From Lama glama (lineage: Eukaryota): a stretch of 64,000 nucleotides of DNA. The stretch is from assembly GCA_028534125.1 (NCBI GenBank), contig CM052817.1, forward strand, positions 100,194,001 through 100,258,000, given 5' to 3'. The translations under genes and the position numbers were made by a program. Below the pieces are notes generated by a model. The model was given only the letters and a program-made list of their open reading frames with translations. It searched no databases and was not told where the DNA came from. How positions within the stretch are numbered: the stretch's first letter is position 1; every line of letters begins with the position of its first letter. This document shows positions 22,814 to 35,670 of the stretch, in pieces.

Positions 22814-24119
22814 AAAAAGCAGGAGCTTGTGATGGTTACTTGTTAAGGGACTGCAGAGATGGTGATAATGATGGTTTATGAACAATGTGAGCAGAAAGTC
22901 TGGTATGAAAATTGAAAAGCCATAAAAATAATGAGATTTTATTTTTAGAGCACTTTTAATACATATTATCTATTTGATCATAATTGTTAGTTGCATAATA
23001 GAAAAGTCAAAGGAATGATGAGCTAGAAAGGATATCAAAAGGTTATTTTTTTTGTTGCCTTGCCTTTTGGAAAAAGCGTACCTGGACCCATGCCGTGGGC
23101 TTGTTCTGTGGTGGAAGGGTTGTGACCTGTGTGTATTATCAGAAGGCACAGAGTTCACAGTGTCCCCTGTATTAATCGAGCTAAAGCTTCCTCAGAGGCC
23201 GCACTCACTTTCCCAGTATCTTTACTGTGCATGTAGTTAAGTTTCAGGCTTACAACTAAAAAGCTACTGAATAAGAAAAAAATTTAAAAATCACAGGGCC
23301 CCCTGTGACTAAAAGAACTAAAAGAAAAAAAAAAACCCTTAGCTCTAAACTTTTTAAGGAAAGTGCATCTTTATAATAACAATAAAATCCTCCCAATCAA
23401 GCCTTTAAGAGGCAGCCTGCATCCCTATCTTTGCCTGGGGCCCATAACTATCCTTACCTAATCTTTCTCTGACAGATAAAGAGCTGCTATATCCATTCTT
23501 ATGGCTCAATTTTAAACTTTATTCAGAGCAGTGCGGAGAGGGAGCCCTGGACCGGAATAAAGAATGAATGTGTGAGACCAACAAGGGGAAGAGGAATGTG
23601 GGATCACTGACTTGTACAATAGATGCTTCTAGAAAAAAAAGTCAGTTCCACAGCTGTCTGATGTGTTCAGGGCTAGTTTAGACAGACCTCTGAGACCGCA
23701 GGGCCACATCCAGGCCAGTCATGTGCAGAATTCCACATCCACTCCAGCCCAGCTTTACTTGCACTGTACCATCCTGGAGGGTCATTATGAGGGGTAGGTA
23801 TACCAGCTGGCCCCTTTTTAATGAGGCAAAAACAAGATGTTTTTCTTTCACATGCTGTGGCAAGCACGTAGATGAGAAACAAGAAGAGTATGTCTGTAAG
23901 CACTGCGAGTCCTCACCAGTGGTCCCCAAGGAAGGCCATGAAATCTTCTGAGCAAGATAGCTTTAAAAATAAGACAGTTGAAGGCTCAAGATGACTTTGA
24001 TTTAGCTCTGTATTAGAGGCAGACGCTTTTGAGCCTTGCGATGCTGTGTCTTCATGAAACTGATATTTGTGTTCAATATGAACTTGTTAGAAAGGCACTT
24101 TGAGAGGAATGTCGGTCCA

Positions 24120-24532
24120 GCTCACATAGACCCTTTTCTCTGTGACCTGCCCCTCCCACATGGATGGGTGGGGGCAGCCATGTTTAAATGATTTGGTCCT
24201 GTCCTCCTGACTACGTCGGTTGGTCCACTGACCCAATCAGGGATAGTTAAATTCTCACTCCTAGGGATTTGGAATTGAGACTTAGAGTGTCTAAATTGTT
24301 TCAGTATATTTGCTAGAAGTAATATAAACTCGGAAGCCATGGAAACAGCATCTTTCATCATATATCTGGAAAGCAGGCAAAGTGGTCTATTTAGGGATAA
24401 AGAGCTAAGAGTATTGTCTAGTTCCTGTCATCTTTCTAGTCCTTGGTCCTCATTTTTTTTAAGGGACCACTCATGCATTTAAGACATAAACTAGCCCAAG
24501 TTGGTTTCTGTTGCATACAACTAAATAAAATA
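24120..24532 (+). mobile_element. Old MLT1 LTR
   Basis: gacccaatcag...agttggtttctgttgcatacaac. Confidence 0.55.
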
Positions 24533-24719
24533 ATTGTAAAGATTTTTAACTCCAGTGTGGGGCATGACATCTGTGTCTATACAGAAGATTATTAGACTGA
24601 CAACTGTAATATGGATCAACTCCAAATTTGTTATTTTGGGGGTAGCTCCTATCTAGAGATGCCTTTGGTAGAGATGCTTCAGGGTCCTCTTAGTGGGGGT
24701 CCACCTCCTATGGTCTTCA

Positions 24720-26090
24720 GATCCCATCTAGACAGGAAAATCACCAAAGAACTCCAAACTTGGAGTTACCTTGATTATTCTTTTCTCAACCTCTCTCCCC
24801 AATCATCTAATTCATCTCCAGACCTTTTTGGTCTACCCCAAATCTCTTTATTTCTCTCTGTGTTCAGAGTGGCTACCCTACCCAGAGCTATCAGTATCTT
24901 TTATTTCAATTACTGCGATGGTCTCCTAGCTGGCCTCTGGTCTTGTTGCATCCAATATTATCCACCCCACCCCTGGTACTGTAGCCACATGGAAGCAAGA
25001 TTTATCTCTGAAATATAAATCAGATCACTTTCCTGCTTGAAACATCCTGTATTAGGATCCATTTAAGCTGATGTAGCAAAACCCCCAAATTACAATCATT
25101 CAAACAGAGGAAGTAGGCTGGTTCAGGGCAGGTAGGTGGCTAAGATGCACACAGTCATGCAGGGACCCAGGTTCCTTCTCTCTCGTTGCTCACCATGCTA
25201 CAGGGTGTTGCCCTCATGTGCTAAAGTCAAAGCTGGCTCTATAGCCATATCCGTATTCCAGTCACCAGGGTGGGAGGAAAAGAGAAGGAGAAGGGAAGGG
25301 GGACCTCACTCTATCACTTTTAGAGTGAGGTCCAGAAGTCAACACATTTCTTCTGCTCACGTCTCATTGACTGGAATTTAATCATACGGCTATATATTCA
25401 TGCAAAATCCAACTGGAAAATGTACTTTCAAACTAGGTGGAATTTGTTGTCTAAAAAATCAAGGATTCTAGGACTAAAAAGAAGGGGAGGATGGATATGG
25501 AGGACAACTAGTAGTCTCTTCTGTACCTCTAATGGCTGTCCATGCTTGCAGAATGAAGTCCAGTCCTTGATTTGTGCTGATCTGGTAACTGTTTCCCTCT
25601 CCTGCCATGCCCCCTTGTTCACTTGGCTGCATCAGGGACCTCCCTTTTTTCTGCTCCTGTAACGGGCCATGTATGTTTCAACCCCAGGGTATTTGCACTT
25701 GCTGTTCCTTCTGCCTACAAAGCTCTGAATTCAGATCTTCCCAAGTTGATCTGCTTCTCATTCTCTGGGTCTCAGCTCAAATGTGACCTCCCTCCAGAAG
25801 GCTTCATCACTCACTCTTATTAGAATTGTCCCCACTACCTTTCCCCAGTCACTTTCCATCACAGTTCTCTGTTTTGCTAACTATCATTTTTCACCTCTCT
25901 GAGTTTATCTCGTATCTTTGTTTGCTTTCTAGTTTGCTTATTTACCATCTATCTCCCCCAGCACCACACCTTAGAATTTGAGCTGCCAGAGAGCAGAGAC
26001 CTTGCCCATTATCTTCACCACCCGGACCAACAGCAGATGGTTCCTGGCACATGGTGCAGACTCAAATATTTGCTGTGTGGACTAATGGTC
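24720..26090 (+). mobile_element. L2 3' region interrupted by an MLT1 LTR
   Basis: tactgcgatggtctcctagctgg, tcagatcac, tttgcacttgctgttccttctgcct, cctggcacatggtg. Confidence 0.75.
25048..25525 (-). mobile_element. MLT1 (I/J-like) LTR inside L2
   Basis: tgtattaggat start; catttcttctgctcacgtctcattg...atcatacggc. Confidence 0.6.
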
Positions 26091-28798
26091 AGCCTAGCAT
26101 CTGGTACTAGCATTCCTAAGTAGAAGCACTTCCCTAAAATGTTGGTAATAGTCTACTGCCCCTGTCCTCTGCCTTCTGGTGGGGTCCCATCTGGTTAGAG
26201 ACATACCTCCCCGTGATGGAGCCTGGTTTCTTACTCTGTGTCATGTCAGAATCATTTGTTCTATAATCTCATCGCCCACTGGGCCAATTCAATCTGTTTT
26301 CCATTCCTGAAACAGGTCTAAAAAGCCACTCTCTGGAGACTTGGGGAATGAATGAATTACCTGAAATAGGGAATAATTTGTTTTAATTTATTTAATAGTG
26401 TACAGAATGACTTTCAAACTGACTTCAATGAATGGATCTCCCAAATGATGCCCTCTTCCAACCCCGACACAGCCTCCTGCCACCTCATGCCCCACGCACT
26501 TGGCAGAATGTGAAGGGTAGAGTATTTATAACAAGCAACTCTGAGCATCAGAATTCCCAGAGAGTTACACAGGATGAGAACCTAGTCCAATAATAATAAT
26601 CCTAAATGTGATTTATGTGTCATTTCTCTGCCAGAGTCATCTAGGTAGCTCCCAAAAGGACCATGCAGGAAAGATTCCACTGTCAGCATGTGCCAAAAGT
26701 CTTCATAAGTAAGGTTCAGGGGGTTTTAATTAAAAAGAGCTCATTTGGTGGCCTTTCCTCAGCCAGAATAAAGTCTGTTCCCAAGAAGAGGGCGGCAGCT
26801 GTCACCCCTGGGACAGCCATCTCCCTAGGACAGTCCTTGAGGCCATTTATCTGAGGAAGACAGACTCCTAAGCATTCTGAGATGTTCCTCTGCCCCAAAT
26901 GGAATTCCACCCTCAAGAGCCAACTTTGCTAAATCGTTGTCAGCTCCTGTGGAGGAGGGTATCAAAGGCCCTGAACACCGTGGGGAAAGCCACACAAGAG
27001 TTGTTACTTTTCAAACAGGGCTTACTGTAATATTAAGCAGAGAAGATTTCTCTGCATCACGAATGAATGTGGCTGTCAGTAAAACTGTCACCATCGAGTG
27101 AACTGGAACATCAGAAAGAGCATTTTAAAAACCAAGTAATCATTTTTACCCACTACTTTACAAATACATTTGCTCCTCACTGATTCCCACGGGAATAAAA
27201 ATGCTGTTCAGGGGGAAGAAAAAAAAAAACAAAACTCTTCTTTCTGTCAAGTCACACTGAAGAGAGAATTTGCCAGTACGCCTGGGAGAGATTCAGGTTT
27301 CCAGCTCCATCTTAGGTTTGCAGTCTGATGTCTGATGGGATCTGGGTCTCATCGGCAAGACATGACGGGTACTTTTCAGCCAGTCCTTGATGGGCAGTGA
27401 GATCACTGAGTTGGAGGAAGCTTATGTGTTACCTGCCAGTCCTGGTGGATTGGATCACGGGCATTTGCAGGTTTCGCATGCTAAGCTGCTGACCTGGTGA
27501 CCTGCAGAGTTCCAGGGAGTCCGCTTCCGCTCAGAGAAGACAGCCCTGATTGGCAATAGCAGCTAATGAATTCTTACTGGAGGCAAACATTGACTTCACC
27601 TTTGAGCCCCAAGGAGCCTTGGGAAAGCTCAGGACACTCAGAGCATTTTGAGGAATTTTACCTTAGAAGGGAGGATTTGGGCAAGATCTTGTCAGTGGGG
27701 GGACAAGAGGTCAGCATCCTGCAGGCAGGGGGCTTCACAGGTGGTGGGGTCCAGCCACCTGCCCTCCAAGCAGGTGAATGTCTGAACCAGCTGCTAATCC
27801 CATGTAGAGGAATTTCCAGCACCGAAGGTTCATGTGACCTTGTAGAGGCACTCGATGTGAGAGTCTAGGGGGTGCCTGTGACCATCTCCCCTCCTTTTAC
27901 AGAGGAGGAGGTCAGGGATTAGGGAGGTGCCAAGGTCACTGAGCTTGTTAACGGCACAGCTCAAATGTTTCCTGGAGAGAAATTTCAAAGACCAGCTTTG
28001 GTGTGACAGATAAATATAGCCTAACATTTTGTTGTGAGAATGATCAGGAGCTCTGAAAACCAGGAGCAGATGCAGCTCTACAAGAAGCATGATAAGAATG
28101 CCCCCGCACACCTGCTGCGGAATGCAAGGGCGGGCGCATTCCTCAGCTCCCACGGGCAGCATCTGCCCCAGGACCCAAGCCCTCCCGGCTGCCGTGTCTT
28201 GGCATGGACTTCCGAGCACTGATGGGAAGGCTGACGGCCCCACAAGGAGCGAAAAGGGATGCCAGTGGTAGACCGCAGGCTGATCAATGAGGACAGAGTG
28301 GCTGCTATTCCAGAGCCAATGCAGCCGGGCGTGGGGAAAAAAATATAGAGAAAGAGACAGAGGTGAGGACGTGAAGATCTGCCCCAGTCACAGCCACGGG
28401 GGCAAAATCCAGAGAGGCTTGCTCAGAAGTCTGGCCTTTGTCCCTTTTTGGTTTGTCGTCCCCGGTTTTGGAGGGTTTATATTGTGCGTTCGTATATTTC
28501 TGACTATTACGTTAATCAAGCATTTCCTGGGGATCGCTTCTGTCCAAGGCACTAGACTAGAGAAATGAACAAGACACAGTCCCAACCTGGTGGATCCCCG
28601 TGTCCAGCAGAGGGAGCCCAAACCATTGAGGCGATGCCATGTCAAAAGTGCCGTGCAAGTAGGTTTGGGGGGCGTGGAATGACATTGGAGGGTCCCAAGC
28701 CCAATCGTCAGAACTGAAGACTACTTTAAAGAAAGGTGACATGTTTACTAAGTCTTCTACTTCTTAGGGATGAAGACTAGAGCACTTGTGTTCTAAGC

Positions 28799-29013
28799 CA
28801 AGGGTTGGTCGGCGAATTTTTTCCACAAAGGTCTAGGTCAGCAGTAATTCAGGCTTTGAGGGCCAGAAGATCTGTTTCAACTACTCTACTGCACTGTGAA
28901 AGCAACTGTGGGCAATACATAAGTGAATGGGTGTGGCTGGGTTCTAATAAAACTTTATTTATAAATACAGCCTCAGGGCAGACGGACCACAGCTCATAAG
29001 TGTACCAACCATG
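28799..29013 (+). mobile_element. MER58A hAT-Charlie MITE
   Basis: gaatgggtgtggctgggttctaataaaactttattt. 8-bp TSD ttctaagc / ttctaacc. Confidence 0.85.
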
Positions 29014-30284
29014 TTCTAACCCATCAATGGGCCAAAACCCATGTCATGCTCACAACGAGCCCATGTGGTAGGTGCAGGTGAGCATTTAGGCAACTTGCTC
29101 AGAATAGTAGAGGCAGTCAGAGGTGGAAGTGGGATTTGAACCCAGGCTGCCTGCCTCTATTGTCAAACCACTCATGTTTCTCTTATCCTTTCAGATATGC
29201 CTGTGAACCACCATCCTATCCTTTCTTCTTTGCTCCCTCTCTCTTTCCACCCCTTGTTCCTGAGTTCTTTGTCCTGAACCTGTTTTTTTTTTTTTTGAAC
29301 ATCTATAATATGTCCAACACAGTACCAAGCATTCTGGAGAAAACATCAAAAGAAGGTAACACACAATCCCTATGTTCCATTGGCTTATAATTCACACAAG
29401 GCGACAACACATACAGAAAAGAAGGATGAGAAGGACTTGGGGAAGGGAGAGTCCTTTCCCCCTTGGAGGGCATCCATCTCTGTAACATTGCTGGCTGCTC
29501 TCTGTCCGGCCCTTCTGAAAGAGGAGGATTCTAATGATGGATCCTAATTGGAGAGCCACGAAGAAGACACTGGGCACGCGGAGCTGAGCTCCCTCCTGTC
29601 CCTGACCCCAGGTTGAGGCCAAGAGGCTCTTGCTGGACTCTGCTCCTCTGTGATGTAGGTTGCCCGAGGGTGGGCTCTGCCCTATGGGAAAGCACCTTCC
29701 CCAGTGGGGGCTCTGCTGTGATCTCTGCTGTTCTGATTGCAAACTTATCAGCAGTGGAGATGCTGTTTGAGTCTCCATATGTCCTTCTCTTTAGTCTGAT
29801 TGCTTAATTAGTTTGTAACTTGCTGGACATGGATTCTTCACTGGGTCTATGGAATCTCCCAACAGACGATGTCAAGACAACACATGAGAAGAGCCCTCTT
29901 CCTCCCTCTTCCTTTAAAAAAAAAAACAAAAACCAAGATTTCTGGTGCTTTAGAATTCAGAGTGGGGAGAAGAGGAGCCTGGGCCCTAGATGGAGGGAGG
30001 GGAGGAGTGGACACCTTCACCAAGGAGACAGGTAAGTCTTCAGGGACGTAAATAGTTTGATAGGCTAAGCTTTTCACGCATGGAGCTTTTTGGAATCAGG
30101 AACTTTGGGGCTCTCATACTACGAAAGATTTTCCCCAGGACCTCTTGCCTGGGGAAAAAAAAGGAGTCTGTCCCAGAAGCCTCGTGTAGGATGCAGAGAA
30201 GAGTTTCAAATGTCCAGGGCACTCACTGAATCATAGAAACTTCGAGTTAGAAGGAATTGTAGAGATGATCAATTGAGTCCAAGT

Positions 30285-30458
30285 CCACAGCAGCAAATGC
30301 CAAACACAGGCTGCTTCAGAATCGCCAGGGAAGTTTAAAAAAAATACAGATGTCAGTTGCCACTCTGTTGAGATTCTGATTTAGTCATTCTTGGACAGGA
30401 GTGGGTGTGGGGGAACATTTTAACAAGCTTCCTGGGTGGTTAGGCAGCAAGGTTTGGT
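30285..30458. mobile_element. MER5-like MITE
   Basis: cagaatcgccaggga...aaaatacagatg...agattctgatttagt...ttttaacaagct. Confidence 0.65.
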
Positions 30459-30909
30459 GTACTTGACAATGGATCAGCCAACATTCATTTCGACACTGCC
30501 AGTGCCCGTAGCCCACCAGCTCTGAAGACAGTCATTTCTAAGACTGCATTTGAATATGGTGCTCAGTAAGTTCCATTGTCTGGATCTGACTGAAGTCCCT
30601 TTCAAGTGTTGGGGGCATGGAACAGCCTGTAAGGAAAAGCATAGAGCTGTGTGCCTGCTGTCAGAGGCACACTCATCCTGCTCCTCTAGTGCTATCTCCC
30701 TCAGTTCCTGACCTTACATCCCATCAGCCGGTCATGTCTGCACTTCTCCATTTACATGCAGGTCTGGCAACTCCAGTCTCACATTGGAAATGATTGCTAC
30801 CTTCCGAGCACCTGACTCAGTGTGACTTTGACATCTCTGACATGGCTAAATTTTTCCTTTCTTTCTTCTTTTCCTTTTCTCTCCTCTCTCATCCTCTCCT
30901 TCCATCTCC

Positions 30910-31120
30910 ACTGAGGTGCTTAAGTGACGTACAACAAACGGCACATAAGGAAAGGGTACATTTTGATGAATTTTGACATATATATACACTTACATCCATG
31001 AAACTGTCACCACAATAAAAATAATGAACGTATCCATCAGTTCCCCAAGTTTTCTCTTGCCCCTTGGTCATCCCTCCCTCCCACCTCCTGTCTCTGGGTG
31101 ACTGCCGAGCTGCTTTCTGC
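30910..31120 (-). mobile_element. L1MB-type 3' end
   Basis: tttgatgaattttgacatat...catccatgaaac...ccatcagttccccaagttttctc. Confidence 0.7.
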
Positions 31121-31159
31121 TGGACTGTTCTCTGACCAGGAGCTCTCACCTGGTCTTGC

Positions 31160-31790
31160 TGAGACAGGAATAAATAGGGGGAGCAATTGGATGGCCACGT
31201 CCCAGGTCTTAGGCGAGTCCTTGGGACTTACCCCACCAGCCCCACCAGTTGAGGGTCCGTGGCCTCATGCAGGAAAGAATTCAAGAGTGAGCTGTAGTTG
31301 AGTAAAAGTAGATTTATTCGGAGAGATACACACTCCATAGACAGTACGAGCCATCTCAAAAGGCAAGAGAAAGACATAGGAGATGCACATTCCATAGGCA
31401 GAATGCGGGCCATCTTTCTCAGAAGGGAGAGCTATGGCCTATGAGCAAGGGGTCAGCTAGGAACAATGAGATCAGCCACGAGGTACAGATGTGCTTAGTT
31501 TTTATGGGCTTGGTAACTTCCTATGCTAACAAGTGGGAGGATTATTACAAATACTTCAGGAAGGGGCTGGGAATGCCCAGGAATTGGGCCATCACCCACT
31601 CTCTGACCTTTTATGGTCAGCCTTGAACTGGTCCTGGCACCTGTGGGAGTGCCACTTAGCAGCTACTGCATTTTAATGAGCCTATATTGAAGCTCAAGGT
31701 CTACTGGGAGTTGCATCTTCCACCATCTTGGTGCTGATTGCTGTGTCATTCTTTTAATGGCTGTGCCCTGCCCTCTTCCCTCCTGTCTCA
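31160..31790 (-). mobile_element. ERV1-class solo LTR
   Basis: Termini tgagacagga...tcctgtctca, TSD-like ttgc/ttgt, minus-strand AATAAA (~31313-31318) and TATA-like cataaaa (~31505). Confidence 0.75.
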
Positions 31791-33109
31791 TTGTCCTGGG
31801 CCAGTCACCCTCCTGAGACTGAGTCCACCTACCAGTGTTAGAGGGGTCTAGCCTCAGACCTCCTCCCAATCCTTCATCCTGGCTTATCCCCTCAGTTGTG
31901 GTCTGACAAAGCTTCCTTCTAGCCTCTAGATGATTCAGGATGCGTGTAACTCATCTTACACCTGATAAGACTTCAGTTACACCTGATAAGTTTTCACTAT
32001 TGGTGGCTAATATAAAGTTACCAGTAATAACTATCACATAGGAAATAGCTATTCTGCACCAGGAATTCAGTTATATAACAGCCCATAATAATAATTACTT
32101 TTTTCCCCTCTATATCACCATCACAATAGCCACATAAAGAAGGTCCTCATTTCTCCATGTTGTCCATGAGGGGATAGCATAACTGACTTGGTCAGAAGCC
32201 TTGCTGATACACTATTCCATAGATTCTTCTGCTACAACAATTTGAATTCCTGGCCATAACAAATTTTTTTTTCCTTCTGAAGTGCACTATTTCTCTCATT
32301 AGAAACTTGACTGGTGCAGTGTACTGTACCCAAGATAAAATAAAGGGCTCTCTAGATTCAGAGTCACTCACAATGTGCTATTATTCTGTATTGATCTTGT
32401 TTCCAGTAGACAAATACGTTTAGATTTTTCACAGGCAGTCTGTATTTCAAATAAATATTGCTTGACTGCTGTAAAAAGCCTCTTGATATGGCTGATTTCC
32501 AAACTGATCAGAAAGACGCCTCTGTTTGCCTTGGCAGAGGATGCGAAGGGCAGGATAACCCCATCTAATCCCACCAAGTCCAAGTGCGTGGCGGATTCTC
32601 CCACTGGGAACTTATTTATATCAGCCTGGAATCTGTAGAACATTTGATATGGTTTTAGTAATTTTTTTTCTCTCATGAAAGGTGATTTTTCTGGATAAAG
32701 TGAAACTGAAACACTACAGAACTACTAGGATTTAAAAAAAATGGTAGCAAAGATGTTATCTAAAGTCACTGCACACTTGACTGCCGTGAAATAATACAAA
32801 TTGCATCTACAGTAAACACTGGGAAAGCTCATTTCTTTCAAGATGCATGAAGCTCTTCTATTCAGTTTCATAGACATAAGCCATGAGTGAATCTAGTGCC
32901 ACTTTACTGTAGGGTCCCCTGCACCTATCTACCCACTAAGAAATGGAAGGACTAGCCTGTCACTGAGCTCCGAGGCTTTCCGAGCAGGCTGAGACCTGCA
33001 CAGCACTGTCTCTGGTTCTGATCCATCTTTAGGGAGTTGCTTCCTCTCAGTCAGTGGCCATATATAAAGTTAATATTCTGTAGTTCTTCAGTACAGCTCC
33101 TTTCCTGTC

Positions 33110-33375
33110 ATATTCATGCATTCATTTGACAAATATTTATTGAGCACCTATTATATTTTAGATGCTTGTGATGCAACAGTAAACAAAATAGAAAAAAATC
33201 GTACAGGTTGTATTCTAGTAGGGAGACAGACAGTAAACAAAATAAATCGGTAAATATATACAGTATAGTATATGGTGATAAGTGCTGAGATGAAAAATAA
33301 AGTAGGGAAAAGAATAGGAAGTTGTGTGTGTGTGTGTCCATATTTGTTGGCAGAAGGCTTACAATTTTAGAAAGT
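33110..33375 (-). mobile_element. L2 3' end
   Basis: cattcatttgacaaatatttattgagcaccta. Confidence 0.8.
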
Positions 33376-33425
33376 GAATTGCACAGAACACAGTGCTTAA
33401 GGGTGAAGCTTGGGTGCTCTTACTG

Positions 33426-33908
33426 TTAATTAATTAATTAATTGCAGTATTGTTGGTTTATGATATATTAGTTTCAAGTGTACAACATACTGATTCAATA
33501 TTTTTATAGATCATACTTTATTTAAAGTTATTATAAAATACTGGTTCTATTCCCTATGCTGTACAATATATCCTTACAGCTTATTTATTTTACACATAGT
33601 AGTTTGTATCTCTTAATCCTCTAGCCCTATTTTCCCCTCCCACTTCCCTCTCCCCACTGGTAACAACTGTGTTCATGAACAGATGAATGGATAGAGAAGA
33701 TGTGGAATATTACTCAGCCCTAAAAAAGAATGACATTCTGCCATTTGTAACAACACGGATGGACCTGGAAGGTTTGATGCTTAGTGAAATAAGTCAGGCA
33801 GGGAAAGACAAATACATTTTGTTATCACTTATACATGGAATCTAAAAAATGAAACGAATGAATGTATATAACAAAACAGAAACAGACTCAGATATAGAGA
33901 AAAACTAC
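33426..33908 (-). mobile_element. L1 3' end with 5' inversion
   Basis: Antisense 3' UTR to ~33668, then a sense piece (aacagatgaatggat...gaaacagactcagatatagag). Confidence 0.8.
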
Positions 33909-34008
33909 ATGCTTTTTTTTTATTGGTGAGAAAATTCTAAGGAAGCAAGAGAGAGAGAGAGGCATGGTGAGGCAGGAAGGGCAGGAAAATCAATGCAAAA
34001 ATGTGTTC

Positions 34009-34507
34009 TGTCAATTGTAAAAAATATGCACCATCTAAAAGTTGAGAGTTACTACATTTCATTCAGTGAACATTTCTAAGGACTTAAGCCCAGGAAACAG
34101 CCTCTCAGATGTCTCTGAGAGACTGCTCTGAAGCAGTCAGGGAGGAGTCAGGATATATATGAGTTTTTGCAACAAAGATCAGGTAGTCAGAACATTGAAA
34201 AATTACCATTAATTAAAGGAAACCAGGCATCTCAAGTTAAGGAATTTAGTGCTTTGCTATATAAGGGAAGATGCAAATGTCTGGGCTCCTTTAATGAGCA
34301 CTTTAGCTCTCTTGGGCCAGTATCCTGTGCTTCCATCCTGAGTCCCCTCAGGGGGCATGGTTGGGAGTGGGGTGGCTGCAGAGGCTGAGGACTTGGCAGC
34401 TGGCTGCCGGCTTGTTTCCATCCTGAGTCCCCTCAGGCCCACTGTTGGGGGCGGAGGTAGTGGCTGATGGCTGATGGCAGTGTCTTTTGTTTACTGATTC
34501 ATTCACA
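34009..34507 (-). mobile_element. ERV1 solo LTR (same family as 14674-15191)
   Basis: TG...CA ends, perfect 4-bp TSD gttc (34005-34008, 34508-34511), duplicated ccatcctgagtcccctcag motif. Confidence 0.85.
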
Positions 34508-34689
34508 GTTCCAAGGTAGCCACTGCTTGGTATGAAGCATAGCTGATCCCTGCATCTCACAGGAATGACTTCTGAAAGGCCCTAAGAATTCTGTCCAGAG
34601 GGAGGAAGGGAGAGGAATTTGACCCGAGGTGCTGTGTGGGAGATGTCAGACACAGAAGAGGGGCAGGGATGGGTAGCCCAACAAGAAGG

Positions 34690-35670
34690 TGAAATTTTCA
34701 TGCATGTGGGAAGCTTTATAATTATGTGGGAGGAGAGCAGAGATAACGAATGCAAAGGCTGTCAGCTGGGGGCATGCTTGGCAAGTTTAAGGGCCAGGGG
34801 AGGCCAGGGCAACTGCAGCAGTGGGAGGAGAAAGGAAATGGAAGGAGAGAAAGTTGGAGGGCTCCTGTGGGTCAGCTCACACAGTGCTATAGGTCTTAGA
34901 AGGGTTGGGGATTTTCCACCCAGTGTGATGGAAAGCCATTGGGTGGGCAAGGTCCCTGCAGCGTTCTGGCATTCTCTAACATTTCAAAAGGATCTGACTT
35001 TGGGGCTGCTATGTGTAGCGTAGACTCAAGAGGCCAGCGTACGAGCAGGGCAACTGGTCAGGAGGCCACTGCCGTATCCAGGTGCAAGGGGACGGTGGCT
35101 TGGACCGAGGTGTGGCAGTGCAGGTGGTGAGAGATTGTTGGATTTTGGATACGCTTTGAAGGTAGAACACCAAAAGTGCTTCCTGATGGATTAGGCACGT
35201 AGGACAGGCTCGAAAGAGGAGTCAAAGATGTTCTCAAGGTTCCTGTTCTGAGCATGTGAGAACAGACTTGCCATTTACTGACGTGAGGGTGTCTGTGCAA
35301 AGGAACTGGGTTCAGGGCAGATTAGTAGTAGGAGCTGAGCTCTGGACGTCTGATGTTTGGGATGGTGAATAGGCAGCTGGATGATGGAGCGACTCGGATC
35401 GCGATGGAGCTGTGGGAGTCACCAGCAGGTGGATCTTATTTAAAGCCACCAATTCCGATAGATCGCCCTGAGGGTGCATGGAGGTAGGAAAGCAGAGAGA
35501 CCACAGACCTGAGCTTAGAGGTGTTAAGAGGTTGGGAGGTTGAGGGGAAATCAGAGACCACTGAGAAGTGACCAGACTGAGAGAGGGAGAACTGGGGCGG
35601 GCAGGAGCCTTGGAGCCCGTGAGACAAATGTGTGTTAATTGCAGAATGAGAGCCATCTGGTAGCAGGCTG
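34690..35670 (-). mobile_element. L2 fragment
   Basis: Purine-rich antisense L2 motifs (ggatctgactttggggctgc, ggattttggata, ggagtcaaagatg). Confidence 0.75.

Noticed and set aside
30029..30037. Perfect donor CAG|GTAAGT on the plus strand
   Set aside because: No supporting acceptor or promoter evidence; such 9-mers occur by chance.
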